Position numbers and translations under genes: made by a program | Source of the DNA: a virus | DNA: 15,727 nt | Virus genome (UHGV): UHGV-0344409 | Direction: 5' to 3' (one strand) | Notes under the pieces: generated by a model | Databases searched by the model: none | What the model was told of the DNA's origin: nothing | Seen by the model: only the letters and a program-made list of their open reading frames with translations | Shown here: in pieces, positions 1 to 6,676 of the stretch | Layout: each line of letters starts with the position of its first letter | How positions within the stretch are numbered: the stretch's first letter is position 1

Positions 1-69
1 GAGGTCTTCAGGGGTTTTGAGGTTTTTGGCCAGTTCGTTAGCCAGAGCCTGTAACTGTTTTTCGTCCAT
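1..69 (-). CDS. 5' end (23 codons) of an ORF running off the left edge; N-terminus resembles mutator-type (IS256-family) transposases
   Basis: ATG at 69..67 on the minus strand, open to the window edge; translated MDEKQLQALANELAKNLKTPEDL; AAGG about 9 nt upstream. Family assignment rests on only 23 residues recalled from memory. Confidence 0.35.
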   Translation of the reverse strand, partial: MDEKQLQALANELAKNLKTPEDL

Positions 70-152
70 AAATTAACCTTCATTTGATGCTGGATTGAAC
101 ATATCAAAATCAGGCAATTACACAAATCTATGTACAGGCTCACTCGACGCTG

Positions 153-512
153 TTAGCGACTTCGGAACATCGAGTAATAAATAACGTTCATTACGGTTCT
201 TAAACAACAATCAGTGGGCTTGATGTTGTTCTTTTCAAGCTCACTTGCCATCACTTCCATTATTCTTGCACTTACACGAATTATTTGGTGGCTGTAAGCG
301 ACGCAACTGTCGCTGATATTGCTGTTTATTTCTATTACTTCATTTTCACTGGCGGCGCTAAATTTGGATATGCCGTTTCCATTGTCCTGTTTCAGTGCTG
401 TTTCCGCTATCCGGATGCGTTCCTGCGTTGCGGAATTTGGGCTAAGTCGATAAACCTGTCTGGCATCTTCCAGAAGCAGGGCGATAATGTGCTTCAGTTC
501 TGTTTCATTCAT
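153..512 (-). CDS. hypothetical protein (119 aa), early-left operon
   Basis: ORF track 153..533 trimmed to the ATG at 512, which has GGAG 7 nt upstream (revcomp of 520-523); no family recognised. Confidence 0.5.
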   Translation of the reverse strand: MNETELKHIIALLLEDARQVYRLSPNSATQERIRIAETALKQDNGNGISKFSAASENEVIEINSNISDSCVAYSHQIIRVSARIMEVMASELEKNNIKPTDCCLRTVMNVIYYSMFRSR

Positions 513-543
513 AGTTAACTCCGGTAGTTGCAATTTATTAATA

Positions 544-729
544 TCAGGCGGTCAGCTCTTTAAGCTTCTGAACTGCTTTATTCATTTCATCCATACAGTC
601 GATGAATTCGTCCAGTTTAAGCTGCATTTTTCCGGCGGCCTGAAGAATTTCAAGTTTTAAGGGCGCAAGTTTTTTGTTGTAATCGACGCAGGTTATTAAC
701 TCGCGGCCAGTAATATTTTGGCTTGGCAC
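544..729 (-). CDS. hypothetical small protein (61 aa), doubtful
   Basis: ORF with a GTG start at 729 and no clear RBS; overlaps the 3' 80 nt of the 650..931 gene in another frame. Confidence 0.2.
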   Translation of the reverse strand: MPSQNITGRELITCVDYNKKLAPLKLEILQAAGKMQLKLDEFIDCMDEMNKAVQKLKELTA

Positions 730-931
730 GAGATCCGGGTCTTGAACCTACACAAACTATATAGCTCTCTTCTTTCCTCGGAAGGCCAGGTGCATCTAGC
801 AGACGGCCTAGTTCGAATTTTTTTACGTTGACACCAGGAGGAATCACCTCGACGATAAACCCGATTTTTACCTTCGTTACACCGTTTGATGAGCTTGACC
901 ATTTAACTTCATCGTTCAATTTGAACTTCAT
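650..931 (-). CDS. hypothetical protein (93 aa), early-left operon
   Basis: ORF track 650..994 trimmed to the ATG at 931 (MKFKLNDEV...), with GAGG 5 nt upstream; begins 9 nt after the N stop, tightly packed. Confidence 0.45.
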   Translation of the reverse strand: MKFKLNDEVKWSSSSNGVTKVKIGFIVEVIPPGVNVKKFELGRLLDAPGLPRKEESYIVCVGSRPGSRAKPKYYWPRVNNLRRLQQKTCALKT

Positions 932-939
932 CATTAACC

Positions 940-1245
940 TCAATCGTAATAAGCCGGAATTGATTTTCCGCGTTGTTTCTGGCGGCCTGAGCAAGTCACA
1001 CCCATTTCACTGCGTGGTTTGCGGTAGTAAATACGGTTCTGTTTACTCTCGACTTCTTCTGCCTTCTTGCAGCGAAGGCTTCCGAGTGATACTGCTTTGT
1101 CTGCTCCGACGCAACCAGAGATCTTTAGCGCAATCTTCCGTGTCAGTCTTTCACTACTGCGTCGCTCTGCAATAAGTTCTTCCCTGCGAGCTTTATAGCG
1201 GCTTTTTGCCGTACCTTTGGATTCTTTCCAGATTATGGTTACCAT
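940..1245 (-). CDS. N: antitermination protein N (phage-21 type)
   Basis: 101 aa from the ATG at 1245, with AGGAG 6 nt upstream. Residues 11-29 GTAKSRYKARREELIAERR match the arginine-rich motif of phage-21 N as I recall it. Lies leftward of OL/PL and the nutL-like site. Confidence 0.65.
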   Translation of the reverse strand: MVTIIWKESKGTAKSRYKARREELIAERRSSERLTRKIALKISGCVGADKAVSLGSLRCKKAEEVESKQNRIYYRKPRSEMGVTCSGRQKQRGKSIPAYYD

Positions 1246-1356
1246 GATGGTCTCCTTTAAGTGGCTTTGGTGTATGACGCGTCGAGGTGTTTTTCTTCTC
1301 GATCGCGGCCTTGCAACTGAAATTCGCGTCATCCCCAAAATCACTTAGATTTTGGT

Positions 1357-1396
1357 CTCAACGATTAGGTTGAGAGTCCATCAATGTTAAAGAGCC
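1357..1396 (-). promoter_or_regulatory. nutL-like site (boxA plus boxB hairpin)
   Basis: Minus-strand RNA carries GCUCUUUAACAUUG (revcomp of 1382-1395), the same 14-nt block as at nutR 3004-3017. A hairpin CUCAAC-CUAAUC-GUUGAG (revcomp of 1357-1374) follows 12 nt later. Confidence 0.45.
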
Positions 1397-1444
1397 GGCC
1401 AATCTGTTCCGTTTGGCTTCCAGCGTCCTGCTGTTGAATTGAAG

Positions 1445-1483
1445 ATAACCTAAGTTATCTGGTTGTGCAATAACTATATTTAT
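1445..1483. promoter_or_regulatory. OL operator sites (PL region)
   Basis: Two 14-bp sites ATAACctaaGTTAT (1445-1458) and ATAACtataTTTAT (1470-1483), centres 25 bp apart; same half-sites as OR. Confidence 0.45.
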
Positions 1484-1578
1484 CATTTTATGAAAAACGT
1501 TATAAATGACTGATAACAAAAATATTTTATTTTTTGTGGTATCCGCGTGATATTTTCAAGGGGGAAAGGCTGATTGTT

Positions 1579-1800
1579 ATGGGTGATTGCATGTTAATCG
1601 AAGGGGAATTTGGTGTGTTGCACCAGCGGGTAGTCGAAATTCTAGGGGTGTCGTTGCTTGAGGTTATTGCTACTGGGGAAGCTATTTCAGCAGATGCTAT
1701 TGCGGGAATGATCCGAGTGCTTCACCATGATGAATTGGATGATCTCGCTGTGAAGTTAGCTATAGATGTGTTACTTCAGGATATGCGACTGTGTAATTAA
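1579..1800 (+). CDS. hypothetical small protein (73 aa), moron-like, between OL and cI on the opposite strand to cI
   Basis: ATG at 1579 with GGAAAGG upstream; AT-rich region 1485-1560 contains a TGaTATTTT extended -10-like element; stop TAA 1798-1800 abuts the hairpin at 1811-1828. Confidence 0.35.
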   Translation: MGDCMLIEGEFGVLHQRVVEILGVSLLEVIATGEAISADAIAGMIRVLHHDELDDLAVKLAIDVLLQDMRLCN

Positions 1801-1802
1801 GT

Positions 1803-1828
1803 AAATAAAACCCGGCACTGGAGCCGGG
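1803..1828 (-). terminator. intrinsic terminator downstream of cI (minus strand)
   Basis: Hairpin CCCGGC-actgga-GCCGGG (1811-1828); on the minus strand it is followed by UUUUAUUU (revcomp of 1803-1810). Confidence 0.5.
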
Positions 1829-1952
1829 GGATTTAGAAATGGCATTTTATGAATTGGCTACTTGGCGAATGGTTTACCATCGGTGGTATTGAGCACAATA
1901 AAAGGCCGTTCTTCGTGAGTGTTCTTATAGCAAAAGTTCAGTTGGAGTCTGA

Positions 1953-2660
1953 TTACCAGCTATGTGATGACCAGAACACTCGCCCTATGATTCTTACGTT
2001 TTTGTAGAATTCTTCTCTGTTCATTACTTCATCAGGATACTCTTCGCGGTTTATCGATCTGATAATTACCGATGTTGGCGTGGCTATGAGCGTTTTTACC
2101 CTTAACAAATCAGCTTGGCAAATTGCATATGTTTTACCATCCCTGATGCTCGTATCTTGCGTGTTTACCCCCACCACATCACCATCATGGAGTGTTGGCT
2201 CCATGCTTTGCCCAACAACCCTGACCAACTTTGCCGCTTTTTCTGGAACTCCCATTTTTTTCAGGTAATAGCGCCTAAAAACTAGAGAGAATTCTGCGGA
2301 CTCCTCCAATGCACAACTTCCTCCGCCAGCTGAAAGTGAAATATTTAGAAGGGGGAGCGCAACAAATTCGTCATTATCATTTTGATGATCATCCCAGGCG
2401 ATAGCTTTTAAAGATGATTCCCGAGCATTAGATGGCTCTTCTGCGCTCTGTGGTCTCATTGACCCTATACCAGAGCTTAGCCATTCAGGGCGAACTCTTA
2501 ACGCGTTGGCTAATTCGACCATTTTACGTGATCCGGTTGTTTTACCAGATGACATCTTTTGTATGGCTGGTTGTGATACCCCCACCATGTCTGCAAGTTG
2601 TGCTTGTGACAACCCGGCTGAACTCATGGCGGCATTTAGTCTTTCTGCGAATGTTTTCAT
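1953..2660 (-). CDS. cI: CI-type prophage repressor (HTH plus S24 LexA-like autopeptidase domain)
   Basis: 235 aa; N-terminal HTH LSQAQLADMVGVSQPAIQKM; C-terminal VVGQSMEPTLHDGDVV with downstream Lys, typical of the S24 Ser-Lys dyad; divergent from cro across the operators. Confidence 0.9.
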   Translation of the reverse strand: MKTFAERLNAAMSSAGLSQAQLADMVGVSQPAIQKMSSGKTTGSRKMVELANALRVRPEWLSSGIGSMRPQSAEEPSNARESSLKAIAWDDHQNDNDEFVALPLLNISLSAGGGSCALEESAEFSLVFRRYYLKKMGVPEKAAKLVRVVGQSMEPTLHDGDVVGVNTQDTSIRDGKTYAICQADLLRVKTLIATPTSVIIRSINREEYPDEVMNREEFYKNVRIIGRVFWSSHSW

Positions 2661-2671
2661 ACCTGTAATCT

Positions 2672-2734
2672 ATAACCACGGTTATCAAAAGTAAAACAAC
2701 AATTGTTATTGCCCTGGTGTATAACTCATGTTAT
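2672..2734. promoter_or_regulatory. OR: three operator sites between divergent cI and cro (PRM/PR region)
   Basis: ATAACcacgGTTAT (2672-2685), AcAACaattGTTAT (2696-2709), ATAACtcatGTTAT (2721-2734); centres 24-25 bp apart. Confidence 0.6.
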
Positions 2735-2770
2735 TTTTGGTTATGCTTTATTTGCTGTAGAGGTATGCTC

Positions 2771-2995
2771 ATGAATTTAGTGATTCAGCGAGCCTTGAAT
2801 ATTGTTGGCAGTCAAAAACGACTTGCAGCTGATTGCGGCGTATCACAGCCCGCTGTTCATAAATGGTTGCGAGGCGGAAAAGTTTCTCCTGAAAAAGTTT
2901 TCGCTATCGTTAATGCCACCAATGGTCAGGTTAAGGCTTACGAAATTCGCCCGGACTTACCGCACCTGTTTCCTCATCCGAACCAGGCTGAATAA
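2771..2995 (+). CDS. cro: Cro-like repressor (74 aa)
   Basis: ORF 2717..2995 trimmed to the ATG at 2771, with GAGG 8 nt upstream; HTH QKRLAADCGVSQPAVHKWL; first rightward gene after OR. Confidence 0.75.
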   Translation: MNLVIQRALNIVGSQKRLAADCGVSQPAVHKWLRGGKVSPEKVFAIVNATNGQVKAYEIRPDLPHLFPHPNQAE

Positions 2996-3002
2996 GTAAC
3001 AC

Positions 3003-3043
3003 CGCTCTTTAACATTGCTGGTCGTTCACCTCTAACAGGGTGA
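3003..3043 (+). promoter_or_regulatory. nutR (boxA plus boxB)
   Basis: boxA CGCTCTTTA (3003-3011); boxB hairpin TCACC-tctaacag-GGTGA (3026-3043), close to the phage-21 boxB as recalled; lies between cro and cII. Confidence 0.55.
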
Positions 3044-3111
3044 GCAAACATCAGTGGCAAACCCATTGGGGATTGCCGCTTAACCCCATATCAATATAGG
3101 AAAATTAACAA

Positions 3112-3408
3112 ATGTCACAAACAAGTTACAGCAAACTGTCACAGCGCGATATCGATCGCGCTGAAACGGATTTACTTATCAACCTGTCAGCTCTGACGCA
3201 AAGGGGACTGGCGAAGATGATTGGCTGCCATGAATCGAAGGTCAGTCGTACCGACTGGCGATACATCGCGGCGATTTTATGCGCGTTTCAGATGGCATCT
3301 GATATCAGTCCGATCAGCCGGGCTTTCCAGCATGCCATTAACGTTCATGCAAATAAAAAACGTCCGGTTGGGGCCGGACGTTCTGAGCAAATCCTGATGA
3401 ATATCTGA
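3112..3408 (+). CDS. cII: CII-like transcriptional activator
   Basis: 98 aa; C-terminus NKKRPVGAGRSEQILMNI closely resembles the lambda CII C-terminus as recalled; HTH-like LAKMIGCHESKVSR; gene order cro-nutR-cII-O. Confidence 0.8.
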   Translation: MSQTSYSKLSQRDIDRAETDLLINLSALTQRGLAKMIGCHESKVSRTDWRYIAAILCAFQMASDISPISRAFQHAINVHANKKRPVGAGRSEQILMNI

Positions 3409-3571
3409 TATTCAGGCAGGGCATGGAGCAATACACGGGAATAATTCTGCCACATCTGGAAGAATTTCGCCAGCAACAACACCAACCGCAGCAGCCTGAA
3501 GCCGATTGGGTTAACCCGGGAGATACCGGGACCGTCTGCGGTATGGAGTAAATCTTGTATGCGAGGGGACT

Positions 3572-4654
3572 ATGCGTAATTACGCAACAATTTCACCTCA
3601 GTTCTGGTTAGGCGAAACAGGGAGAAAACTAAGGAAGTCTGGTCCGGAATGTATGGTAGTGGCGTTGTATATGATGACCTCGCCTCATTCCAATATGCTG
3701 GGCCTTTATTACCTGCCTGTTTTGTACATTGCTCACGAAACCGGACTTGATCCTGAAGGGGCTTCTAAGGGGCTTCAAATGGCTTGCGAGGCTGGTTTTT
3801 GCAGCTATGACCATGATTCTGAGGTTGTATGGGTGCATGAAATGGCAGCATGGCAGGTTGGTGAATCGCTGAAACCTGGCGATAACCGTTGTGCTGGGGT
3901 AAGAAATGAATATTCCGCGTTGCTGGAAAATCCTTTTTTATCATCCTTTTATGATAGATATAAGGATGATTTCCACCTGGATGTCAGACGTGAATCATGT
4001 CGGAAAATTGAAGCCCCTTCAGAGCCCCTTTCAAGCCAAGAACAGGAACAAGAACAAGAACAGGAAAGGGATAAAACCCTTCTGGTCCATGGCGAAAAAA
4101 TCGCCACGGACCCGCAGGGGGATTTTTGTCCTGTTCTGACTGAACGTCCAGGACCAGCTGGCACGACACCGGAAGCAGATTCCGGGCGTTGTGTGCAGCA
4201 GGTGCTGATCGTCGAACCGGAGCAACAACGCCAACCGCAGCAGCCTGAAGCCGATTCCGCGATGAGCGGGAAGCCGATTGGGTTAACCCGGGCGATGCCG
4301 GGACCGTCTGCGGGACGAGTTGATTATCCTGACGTGTTCGAACGGGTCTGGCGTGAATATCCGCATCGGGCAGGGTCAAACCCGAAGAAATCCGCGTTCA
4401 ATGCCTGGAGGGCCAGATTACGCGAAGGGGTGTCACCGGATGTCGTGCTGGATGGCGTGAGGCGTTACGCAAGATACCTGGAGGCTACCGGGAAAGCGGG
4501 AACTGAATTTGTTCAGCAGGCATCGACGTTTTTTGGCCCGAACAGGAATTTCGAAAATCCGTGGTCGCTGCCGAAGGCTGGCGCAGTCAGCCTGCGTTGC
4601 GTGAATCACATTTCTGAACCGGACACCGAAATTCCGCCGGGTTTCAGGGGGTAA
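3572..4654 (+). CDS. replication initiation protein (O position) with DnaT-like C-terminal domain
   Basis: 360 aa; GAGGGG RBS; C-terminus ...VNHISEPDTEIPPGFRG resembles the E. coli DnaT C-terminus as recalled; internal (QE)5 linker; immediately followed by the DnaC-like gene. Confidence 0.75.
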   Translation: MRNYATISPQFWLGETGRKLRKSGPECMVVALYMMTSPHSNMLGLYYLPVLYIAHETGLDPEGASKGLQMACEAGFCSYDHDSEVVWVHEMAAWQVGESLKPGDNRCAGVRNEYSALLENPFLSSFYDRYKDDFHLDVRRESCRKIEAPSEPLSSQEQEQEQEQERDKTLLVHGEKIATDPQGDFCPVLTERPGPAGTTPEADSGRCVQQVLIVEPEQQRQPQQPEADSAMSGKPIGLTRAMPGPSAGRVDYPDVFERVWREYPHRAGSNPKKSAFNAWRARLREGVSPDVVLDGVRRYARYLEATGKAGTEFVQQASTFFGPNRNFENPWSLPKAGAVSLRCVNHISEPDTEIPPGFRG

Positions 4655-4660
4655 TCAGCC

Positions 4661-5401
4661 ATGAAAAACATTTCGACAGGAGGGATTCTTGAACGGGTGC
4701 GCCGTCTGGCACCACCGCACGTGGCAGCACCGTTCCGGACGACCGACGAATGGCGGGAATGGCAACTGGCTGAGGGCCGTAAGCGCAGCGAGGAAATTAA
4801 CCGCCTGAATCATCAGGCGCGGGTTGAAAAAATCCTGAACCGTTCGGGCATCCAGCCGCTTCACAGGAAGTGCTCATTCGGGAACTACCGGGTGCAGAAC
4901 GACGGTCAGCGCCATGCTCTGAGTCAGGCAAAATCCATCGCGGCAGAGCTGCATACCGGCTGCACGAATTTCGTGTTCAGCGGTAAACCTGGCACCGGGA
5001 AAAATCACCTTGCAGCAGCGATTGGCAACTGGCTAATGGCGAAGGGGAGAAGCGTGATTATCGTCACCGTGTCCGATGTCATGAGTGTGTTGCATGACGG
5101 CTACGACAACGGCAAGTCCGGGGAAAAATTTTTACAGGAGCTTTGTGGAGTTGACCTTCTGGTCCTTGATGAAATTGGCATGCAGCGGGATACGCGCAAC
5201 GAGCAGGTCATACTGAACCAGATCGTCGACCGCAGAACGGCATCACTGCGCAGTGTCGGGATGCTGACTAACCTGAATCACGGTGCGATGAGCAGGCTTC
5301 TGGGGGAGCGAGTGATGGACCGTATGACCATGAATGGTGGTCGTTGGGTGAATTTTAACTGGGAGAGCTGGCGGTCAAACGTTGGACGTCAGGGTATGTG
5401 A
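4661..5401 (+). CDS. DnaC-like helicase loader (phage P-position replication protein)
   Basis: 246 aa; Walker A FSGKPGTGKNHLAAAIGNWL and Walker B LLVLDEIG, very close to E. coli DnaC; AGGGGG RBS; starts 7 nt after the O stop. Confidence 0.85.
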   Translation: MKNISTGGILERVRRLAPPHVAAPFRTTDEWREWQLAEGRKRSEEINRLNHQARVEKILNRSGIQPLHRKCSFGNYRVQNDGQRHALSQAKSIAAELHTGCTNFVFSGKPGTGKNHLAAAIGNWLMAKGRSVIIVTVSDVMSVLHDGYDNGKSGEKFLQELCGVDLLVLDEIGMQRDTRNEQVILNQIVDRRTASLRSVGMLTNLNHGAMSRLLGERVMDRMTMNGGRWVNFNWESWRSNVGRQGM

Positions 5402-5426
5402 GAATTTTTGACGAGGTAAATTTTCG

Positions 5427-6197
5427 ATGGAAACCGTATTGCATGCACTGAAAGCGATGGGAAAAGCCAATTCTGTTGAACTGGCGGCGCGGCTTGATAT
5501 CAGCCGTGAAGAAGTTCTCAACGAACTGTGGGAACTCAAAAAAAATGGCGTTGTTGATAAAACGGGTCACACCTGGTTTCTGGCTGTCGAAGGTGAATCC
5601 CGGGTAACCGAAGAGCGGCCAGTAAAATCTGAAACACAGGATATGCTGACCGAAGAGGTCGCTCCAAAAGTTAGCGCTGACATGATGATTGAGTTTATCT
5701 CTCAGGAGGGGGCTAAAACCTGTGAAGAAATAGCGGGTAAGTTCGGAGTTACCACTCGCAAGGTTGCTTCCACGCTGGCGGTGGTAACCGCAACGGGGCG
5801 GCTGGCACGCGTTAATCAGAACGGTAAATTTCGTTACTGCATGCCGGGGGGTAATTTACCAGCAGATCCGAAAACCGCGCCGGTAACGGAAAATGATGGT
5901 AAGGCCTTTCCTCAGCCAGCAGGTGCTGCGTTACCAGTCCGGGAAGCCGCAACACAGGAAGAAATTAAAACAGAAACTGTGGCGGACATTGTGCAGTCGT
6001 TGCCATCGTTTACCGAAACGCAAGCAGATGAGCTGATTTTTCCGTCCCTGCGCAGGGCAAACCTGGCGCTGCGCAGGGCGAAAAGTGATGTTCAGAAGTG
6101 GGAGCGAGTCTGCGCCGCGCTGCGGGAGCTGAATAAACACCGGGATATTTTCAGTTCGATTGCCGATATTCCGGTTCATTCACCGACAACAAAGTGA
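5427..6197 (+). CDS. hypothetical protein with two winged-helix-like segments (256 aa)
   Basis: GAGG RBS 9 nt upstream; HTH-like blocks NSVELAARLDISREEVLNELWELKKNGVV and KTCEEIAGKFGVTTRKVASTLAVVTATGRL; acidic, Pro-rich middle. Confidence 0.6.
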   Translation: METVLHALKAMGKANSVELAARLDISREEVLNELWELKKNGVVDKTGHTWFLAVEGESRVTEERPVKSETQDMLTEEVAPKVSADMMIEFISQEGAKTCEEIAGKFGVTTRKVASTLAVVTATGRLARVNQNGKFRYCMPGGNLPADPKTAPVTENDGKAFPQPAGAALPVREAATQEEIKTETVADIVQSLPSFTETQADELIFPSLRRANLALRRAKSDVQKWERVCAALRELNKHRDIFSSIADIPVHSPTTK

Positions 6198-6212
6198 TCT
6201 CCGGAGGTGCTT

Positions 6213-6644
6213 ATGACAAGAGCATTTACACCAGAAGAGCGGGAAAAAATTAAGGGGCTGATCGTGGAATTCGTACGCCTTAACGGACGAGGCACGATTC
6301 GGCAGTTATCGGATGAAATTGGTGTCAGTCATGCGTCTGTCGGTCGTTTATGCATGGAGCTGGCCGCCAGTGGTGATGTTTACAATTCCGGTTACGGAGT
6401 ATTCCCGTCTGAACAGGCTCGTAAGGACTGGCAAAATGCCCGCAAAAAACTCTCAAGGGCAAAGTCGAAGAAACCGGTTGTCGTTGATCCAGACCTTATC
6501 CGGGCATTACCAGATGGGGAAATACGGCGCTACGACAGACGCTACAACACAATTTGTCGCGAGTGCCGTAACAGCGAAACGATGCAGCGTGTGCTGGCAT
6601 TCTGGCGAGGGAGTGCAGAGGGATTGATGTTCTCCCCGTCGTGA
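6213..6644 (+). CDS. hypothetical HTH-like protein (143 aa)
   Basis: ATG at 6213 with GGAGG 5 nt upstream (track starts at the GTG at 6207); HTH-like TIRQLSDEIGVSHASVGRLCMELAASGDV; basic C-terminal half. Confidence 0.6.
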   Translation: MTRAFTPEEREKIKGLIVEFVRLNGRGTIRQLSDEIGVSHASVGRLCMELAASGDVYNSGYGVFPSEQARKDWQNARKKLSRAKSKKPVVVDPDLIRALPDGEIRRYDRRYNTICRECRNSETMQRVLAFWRGSAEGLMFSPS

Positions 6645-6676
6645 ATGACGGGGGCTTACGTGTTCAGAAAAGTGAT

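Noticed and set aside
696-1175. ORFs 696..902(-) and 828..1175(+)
   Set aside because: They overlap the N gene and the 650..931 gene in other frames or strands without RBS support.
2080-2694. Plus-strand ORFs 2080..2268, 2432..2668 and 2506..2694
   Set aside because: All lie antisense within the well-supported cI gene and lack RBSs; treated as frame artefacts.
2802-2999. ORF 2802..2999 overlapping cro in another frame
   Set aside because: The cro frame has an HTH and an RBS; the alternative frame has neither.
3423-3551. 42-codon ORF in the cII-O spacer as a real gene
   Set aside because: Weak RBS; its 3' half is a DNA-level duplicate of an internal O segment read in a different frame, more consistent with a recombination scar than a coding gene.
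3629-4379. ORFs 3629..3838, 3906..4139, 3949..4164, 3984..4379 and 4031..4234 inside the O-like gene
   Set aside because: They are embedded in or antisense to a long, RBS-supported gene with a recognisable C-terminal domain; the repeat-derived low-complexity translations are typical artefacts.
6313-6627. ORF 6313..6627 (+)
   Set aside because: Alternative frame inside the 6213..6644 gene, which has a GGAGG RBS.
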